From Alphaproteobacteria bacterium (lineage in GTDB: Bacteria; Pseudomonadota; Alphaproteobacteria; Bin95), in NCBI GenBank assembly GCA_963665325.3, contig OZ224045.1, forward strand, positions 1,472,001 to 1,536,000: a stretch of 64,000 nucleotides of DNA. Reading direction: 5' to 3'. Below are positions 59,560 through 64,000 of this stretch, one piece after another; within the stretch, counting starts at the first letter, position 1, and every line of letters begins with the position of its first letter. A program made the translations under genes and the position numbers. The notes under the pieces were generated by a model that saw only the letters and a program-made list of their open reading frames with translations, had not been told where the DNA came from and searched no databases.

Positions 59560-60582
59560 CTACACCCCGAAGGTGAAGCGGCTGCCGAGATTGGAGGCGA
59601 CGAGTCGCTCCGGCATCCGCCGGCGCATGGCCTCGATGAAGGCCGTGCCGGTGCAGTGCATCGGCACCACCACGTCGGGGGCCAGTCGCTCCAACTCGTC
59701 GATGGTGTGCTCGATATAGTCGGGCTTGGCGGTCGTCAGGTGGAAGCCGCCGATGACGGCGTGGAGTTTGTCGATGCCGGAGACCGCCATCGCCGTCTTC
59801 ACGGAGTTCACGATGCCGGCATGGCCGCAGGACGAGATCACCACCAGGCCGCGGCCCCTGACGACGTAGCAGGCGGCGTGCTCCTCCGGGTGGCTGTCGC
59901 GCACGAGCTCGCCGCGCCGCTCCGCCTCGGAGAAATGGTCGTAGGGCGCCAGCATCGAGCCGCCGGTGACCTCCTCGAACGTGTCGCGGGTTATGTAGCC
60001 GGTGGTGAACGGGCCGGGCAGCGCGTGTGGGTGCGGGCAGCAGACGGGAACCACGTTCTGCGCCACCAGGCTCGTGCGGTCGGGCGCGCCCCAGCAGACA
60101 TATTCCCGCTTCCCGCCCGGCGCGGGCGGCGGGCCGGTCGGTACCCAGCGCACCGAGAATGCCTCCTCCGCGCCGACGAAGAGGGAGAGGTCGCCCTTCA
60201 TCGCCTTGCGGTGCTGCGTCACGAAGCCGTCGAGGCCGCCATAGTGGTCGCGGTGGCCGTGGCTCAGGATCAGCCCGTCGAGCCGCGCCGGGTCGATGTC
60301 CAGCAGCGAGGTGTTGCGGTTGATGATTTCGGGCGTGAAGCCGAAATCCAGCATGTATTGCGCGTTCGCGCCCTCGGCGCGCGATTCGAGATGGAGCGCC
60401 AAGCCCCATTCGCCCGCGAGCGTCGTCATCGGCCGTCCGGGGATGTGGCCCACATGCTCGATCGTCACATGCTCGTGCTCGGCGCGCGGCAGGAAGCGCT
60501 CGTAATGCGAGTCGACGACCACCCGCACCGAGAGGCGCTCCACCACGGGCGCCGTGAACGGGGTCTGCGCGGCGATGCTCAT
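59560..60582 (-). CDS. MBL-fold metallo-hydrolase (DHPS-like subgroup)
   Basis: GEWGL, SHGHRDHYGG, SCGHAG, GGFHL, PMHCTG. Confidence 0.88.
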   Translation of the reverse strand: MSIAAQTPFTAPVVERLSVRVVVDSHYERFLPRAEHEHVTIEHVGHIPGRPMTTLAGEWGLALHLESRAEGANAQYMLDFGFTPEIINRNTSLLDIDPARLDGLILSHGHRDHYGGLDGFVTQHRKAMKGDLSLFVGAEEAFSVRWVPTGPPPAPGGKREYVCWGAPDRTSLVAQNVVPVCCPHPHALPGPFTTGYITRDTFEEVTGGSMLAPYDHFSEAERRGELVRDSHPEEHAACYVVRGRGLVVISSCGHAGIVNSVKTAMAVSGIDKLHAVIGGFHLTTAKPDYIEHTIDELERLAPDVVVPMHCTGTAFIEAMRRRMPERLVASNLGSRFTFGV

Positions 60583-60601
60583 CGGGTGCTCCCTCGGGAA
60601 A

Positions 60602-62563
60602 TCAATGGTCCTTGCTGCGGTCGCGGAGATAGTCCTCGGTCGTGCGCACGCGCGGGCGCTCGCCCATGGCGAAGGGGTTGTCGGTGGAATGGTACTGGGC
60701 GTTGATGCGGCAGTCGTCGCACATGCGGATCAGGCGCGAGGCGTCGGAGCTGGCGAACATGGAATGCTTGCCGGCGAGTTGCGCGACGATACGCTCCACC
60801 GTCGATTTCACGCCGAAGGGCTTGCCGCATTCGATACATTCGTAAGGCTCTTCCTCGTTGAGCACGCGCTGCTCCAGCGCGGCGTCGGAGAGGTCGAGGC
60901 GCGGCTCCAGCGCAACCGCATCCTCCGGGCAGACCTGCACGCAGAGCCCGCATTGCAGACAAGCGTCCTCCTGGAAGCGGAGCTGCGGCAGATCGGGATT
61001 GTCGCCGAGCGCACCCGACGGGCAGAGTGAGGCGCAGGCGAGGCAGAGCGTGCAGGCGTCCGTATCGACCTGAACCGAGCCGTAGGGCGCGCCTTCGGGC
61101 AGCGGCAGCATCGCGCCGGCGGGGTTGAGCGCCTGGGCCGCCAGCCGCGCGATCTGGCGGCGGGAGCCGAGCGCGAGAACGGGCTCGGCAGCGGGCTCTG
61201 CCGCCTCGCGTCCGTAGAGCGCGTCCGAGAGTGCATCGGGGTCGCCGACCTCCAGCAGGCGAAGCCGGCCCTCGCCGCCCATCGCTTCCGCCAGGGCGAG
61301 TTCCCGGCGCAGCGCGTCGTCCTCGCCGCGCGGCGGCAACAGCAGATCGACGGTGGAGAACCCGCCTGCGAGCGCGGCCAGCATTTCGGCGTGGCCGAAG
61401 CCCGCCAGCGCCTCGACCTCGAAGGGGACGGTATCGGCCGGCAGGCCGCGCCCGAAACGCGCCGAGAGAGCCACCATCTCCGCGCCAAAGCTGCGATCCG
61501 TAACCAGCAGGCGCGGCGCCTTGCCCCCGGCCTTGCGATAGGCCCCGGAAAGCGCCTCCATGCGGCGGAAGAGAGAGGCCACAGGCGGCGCATCGAAGCT
61601 GATCGCCCCGGACGGGCAGACGGCCGAGCAGGACCCGCAGCCCGCGCAGACCATGGGATCGACGGCCACATGGTCGCCCGCCGGCGAGATGGCGCCGGTC
61701 GGGCAGATGTCCAGACACTTGTTGCAGCCGCGCTGTTCGGCGCGGGAATGGGCGCAGAGGCTCTCCTCCAGCCGGACGTAGAGCGGCTTCTCGAAGGTGC
61801 CGACCGTCTGCCCGGCCTCGAACAGGGCTGCGGCGACGGCATTCGGGTCGCCGGGGTCGGCGCGGAAATAGCCCTCGCGCTTCTCGTGAGCGGGGAAGAG
61901 GGGTGTGCCGCCCGAAAGGTCGAGGATCGAGTCGCACTCGCTCTCCGCGCCGTCGCGGGGCTCGGAGAAGGCGAAGACGCCGCGCCCGCCGGGCTCCATC
62001 TGCCGGAGTCCGTCCATGCGCAGCCGGAAGCCGCCGAGCGCGCCCGTCGCTCCGCGCAGCCTGCCGACGACAACCTCGAACCGGCGGTCCACCGGCAGGT
62101 CTTCCGGCGGCTCCGAAAGCAGCACGGTGACGGACATCGGTTCGGCCAGACGCTCCGCGGCCGGCAATGCGACGGAGTCCCTGCCGACCACAAGGCAGCG
62201 CCCCTCGGATACCACGTCCACGGTCCGGGTCCCGGGCGCGGCGAGCAGCGCCTGGGCCACGAGCGCCGCCTGTTTCGGGCCGGCCTCTGCCGCTTCGTCC
62301 GACCATCCCGCACGGTCCCGGATATCGACCAGCATCGGGGCCGGCGCTTCCAGCTCCTCCGCGATCTCCTCGAACCGCGCCCACTCCTGCTGGCAGGCGA
62401 TGACTGCGTCCCCTGCCTCTATCGCCTTCGCAGCCACAGCCGCCTCCGTTGTGCAGAGCGCGCTGTGGATGCGTGAGCAGGCAATCCCGGCGCCCGCCTC
62501 GATGCTGTCCGCATCGATCGTCTGGCTGTGGGCGCAGTCGCACAAAAGCAAGGTCGCGGCCAT
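60602..62563 (-). CDS. 4Fe-4S multicluster protein of the FDH accessory cluster
   Basis: CNKCLDICP, CAGCGSCSAVCP, CTLCLACASLCP, CLQCGLCVQVCP, CIECG, CDDC. Confidence 0.93.
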   Translation of the reverse strand: MAATLLLCDCAHSQTIDADSIEAGAGIACSRIHSALCTTEAAVAAKAIEAGDAVIACQQEWARFEEIAEELEAPAPMLVDIRDRAGWSDEAAEAGPKQAALVAQALLAAPGTRTVDVVSEGRCLVVGRDSVALPAAERLAEPMSVTVLLSEPPEDLPVDRRFEVVVGRLRGATGALGGFRLRMDGLRQMEPGGRGVFAFSEPRDGAESECDSILDLSGGTPLFPAHEKREGYFRADPGDPNAVAAALFEAGQTVGTFEKPLYVRLEESLCAHSRAEQRGCNKCLDICPTGAISPAGDHVAVDPMVCAGCGSCSAVCPSGAISFDAPPVASLFRRMEALSGAYRKAGGKAPRLLVTDRSFGAEMVALSARFGRGLPADTVPFEVEALAGFGHAEMLAALAGGFSTVDLLLPPRGEDDALRRELALAEAMGGEGRLRLLEVGDPDALSDALYGREAAEPAAEPVLALGSRRQIARLAAQALNPAGAMLPLPEGAPYGSVQVDTDACTLCLACASLCPSGALGDNPDLPQLRFQEDACLQCGLCVQVCPEDAVALEPRLDLSDAALEQRVLNEEEPYECIECGKPFGVKSTVERIVAQLAGKHSMFASSDASRLIRMCDDCRINAQYHSTDNPFAMGERPRVRTTEDYLRDRSKDH

Positions 62564-62873
62564 GTCCCTGTCCTCCGCACAAGCCGCTGCGGGCCGGCTG
62601 CTGGCTTGTCGTGTTCCCGCCGTATCCGGCCGGGCGGAGAGAAATTTCGCTGGGGCCGGACGGCGGTTCCCGGGAGCATTGCCCCCGCCGCACAGCGGTT
62701 AGTATGGACCGTTTGGACCACCTGTCCAGAGCGCCGGAAATACAGGCGACAGCGATACTCCGAATACCGTTTTTTGTGTTGGCAGGGGGCCGAAAGGGGT
62801 GCATTATCCCTCTTAGGGAGCGTGCTGCTTTGCGCGGAAATTGCGGGGCGTCTTCCTGGAGGAGATCGGCACC

Positions 62874-63440
62874 ATGCCGGCGAGCGCGTTGTCATTACCG
62901 CTCGGAATTGTGCTCCGCCGGAGTCCGGCGTCGAGCCGGTGGGTAAGCTGGACCTGGACAGTAGCGGGTGTATTGCCGGGGGCAGGGCCGGCGGACTGGC
63001 GCGAGCTCAGGCGCGAGGGCGAGGCCGTCGAATACCACGCCGCCACGGTGCCGCTCGAATTCTGGGCCTCCGATGTCGAGGCCTACATGACCGGCCTCGC
63101 GGCGCGCGTGCCCGCGATCTATGTGGTCATGCGCCGGACGACCGAAGCGGATGCGCCCCATGATCTGGAAGTCGTGCTGGCCACGGCGTCCCCATACGAG
63201 GCGCAGGACTACCTGGACAGCGGCGAGGAGATCGTCGAACAGGCGCCGATGCCGGAGGGCCTGGTCGCGGTGGTGCGCGATTTCGTCGAGCGCCACCACG
63301 AGGAGGAGCCCTTCGTCAAACGCCGGCGCGACAAGCGACGGGTCGATCTCGCGGAGGACGGCAAGGGCGATGCGCGTATCCGCCAGATGTCGGATGTCTA
63401 TCGTGCGCCGAGGCGTGCAGGCGCGGAGACGGTCCAATGA
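62874..63440 (+). CDS. DUF3305-like protein
   Basis: LGIVLRR..SRW, TASPYEAQ, FVKRRRD. Confidence 0.85.
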   Translation: MPASALSLPLGIVLRRSPASSRWVSWTWTVAGVLPGAGPADWRELRREGEAVEYHAATVPLEFWASDVEAYMTGLAARVPAIYVVMRRTTEADAPHDLEVVLATASPYEAQDYLDSGEEIVEQAPMPEGLVAVVRDFVERHHEEEPFVKRRRDKRRVDLAEDGKGDARIRQMSDVYRAPRRAGAETVQ

Positions 63441-64000
63441 GTGCGCAGGCGGATTTCTGGGCCCGCCGCAAGGCAGCCGTGGCGGAGGAGGAGCGCGCCG
63501 CGGAAGAGGCCGGGCGCGAGGCCGCGGCCGCCGAGGAACGCAGGGCGCTGGAAGAACGCCCGGACGAGGAAGTGCTGGCTGAGTTGGAGCTGCCCGATCC
63601 CGACACCATGAAGCAGGGCGACGACTTCTCGGCATTCATGTCCGACGCGGTGCCGGAGAGGTTGCGGAAGCGGGCGCTCAGGCAGTTGTGGCGGTCCAAC
63701 CCGGTGCTCGCCAATCTCGACAATCTGGTCGATTACGGCGAGGACTACACCGACGCTGCCCTGGTCGTGGAGAACCTCCAGACCGCCTACCAGGTCGGCA
63801 AGGGGATGCTCAAGCATCTGGAGGCGATGGCCGAAGCGGCGGAGCGGGCCGCCGAAGCGGCGACCTCCGGGACCGCAGAGGACGAAGCGCGCGAGGAAAT
63901 GCAGGAGGCGGACGCGGAAGAGCCGGCGCTGGAAGCGGACGCCGGGCCGATCGCCGCGATTCACGAAGTGCCGGCACCAGAGGAGCCGCCGGTGGCGCGG
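63437..64000 (+). CDS. DUF3306-like protein (runs off window)
   Basis: FWARRK..LELPDPD..DDFSAFM..ALRQLW..LDNLVDY. Confidence 0.85.
   Translation, partial: MSAQADFWARRKAAVAEEERAAEEAGREAAAAEERRALEERPDEEVLAELELPDPDTMKQGDDFSAFMSDAVPERLRKRALRQLWRSNPVLANLDNLVDYGEDYTDAALVVENLQTAYQVGKGMLKHLEAMAEAAERAAEAATSGTAEDEAREEMQEADAEEPALEADAGPIAAIHEVPAPEEPPVAR

Overview
High-GC alphaproteobacterial chromosome segment; the taxon is inferred from the stand-alone F0 atp operon with b' and b subunits and from the formate-dehydrogenase accessory genes. From left to right the backbone has a GMC oxidoreductase, the atpI-B-E-F'-F operon and two LysR genes. A repeat-dense zone at 6.7-17.1 kb contains nested MITE/REP-like arrays, an IS1111-type IS110 element inserted precisely in one repeat (target-matching guide segments are visible in its non-coding end), a Slam plus TbpB-like lipoprotein pair, an orphan IS630 HTH gene between inverted REP arrays, and a complete IS21. 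Next come an RND-MlrC-peptide ABC cluster and an FDH-accessory cluster split in two. The split contains a ~22.6 kb integrative element (36.07-58.69 kb) that interrupts a DUF4392/D-glutamate-cyclase-like gene in frame. It encodes two tandem intact tyrosine integrases, a MobF relaxase-helicase with a triplicated C-terminal domain, three tandem RHH paralogues, an MmeI-like restriction-modification enzyme, and GT25/FkbM and TRAP-TAXI cargo. All family names come from motif recognition, not database searches.
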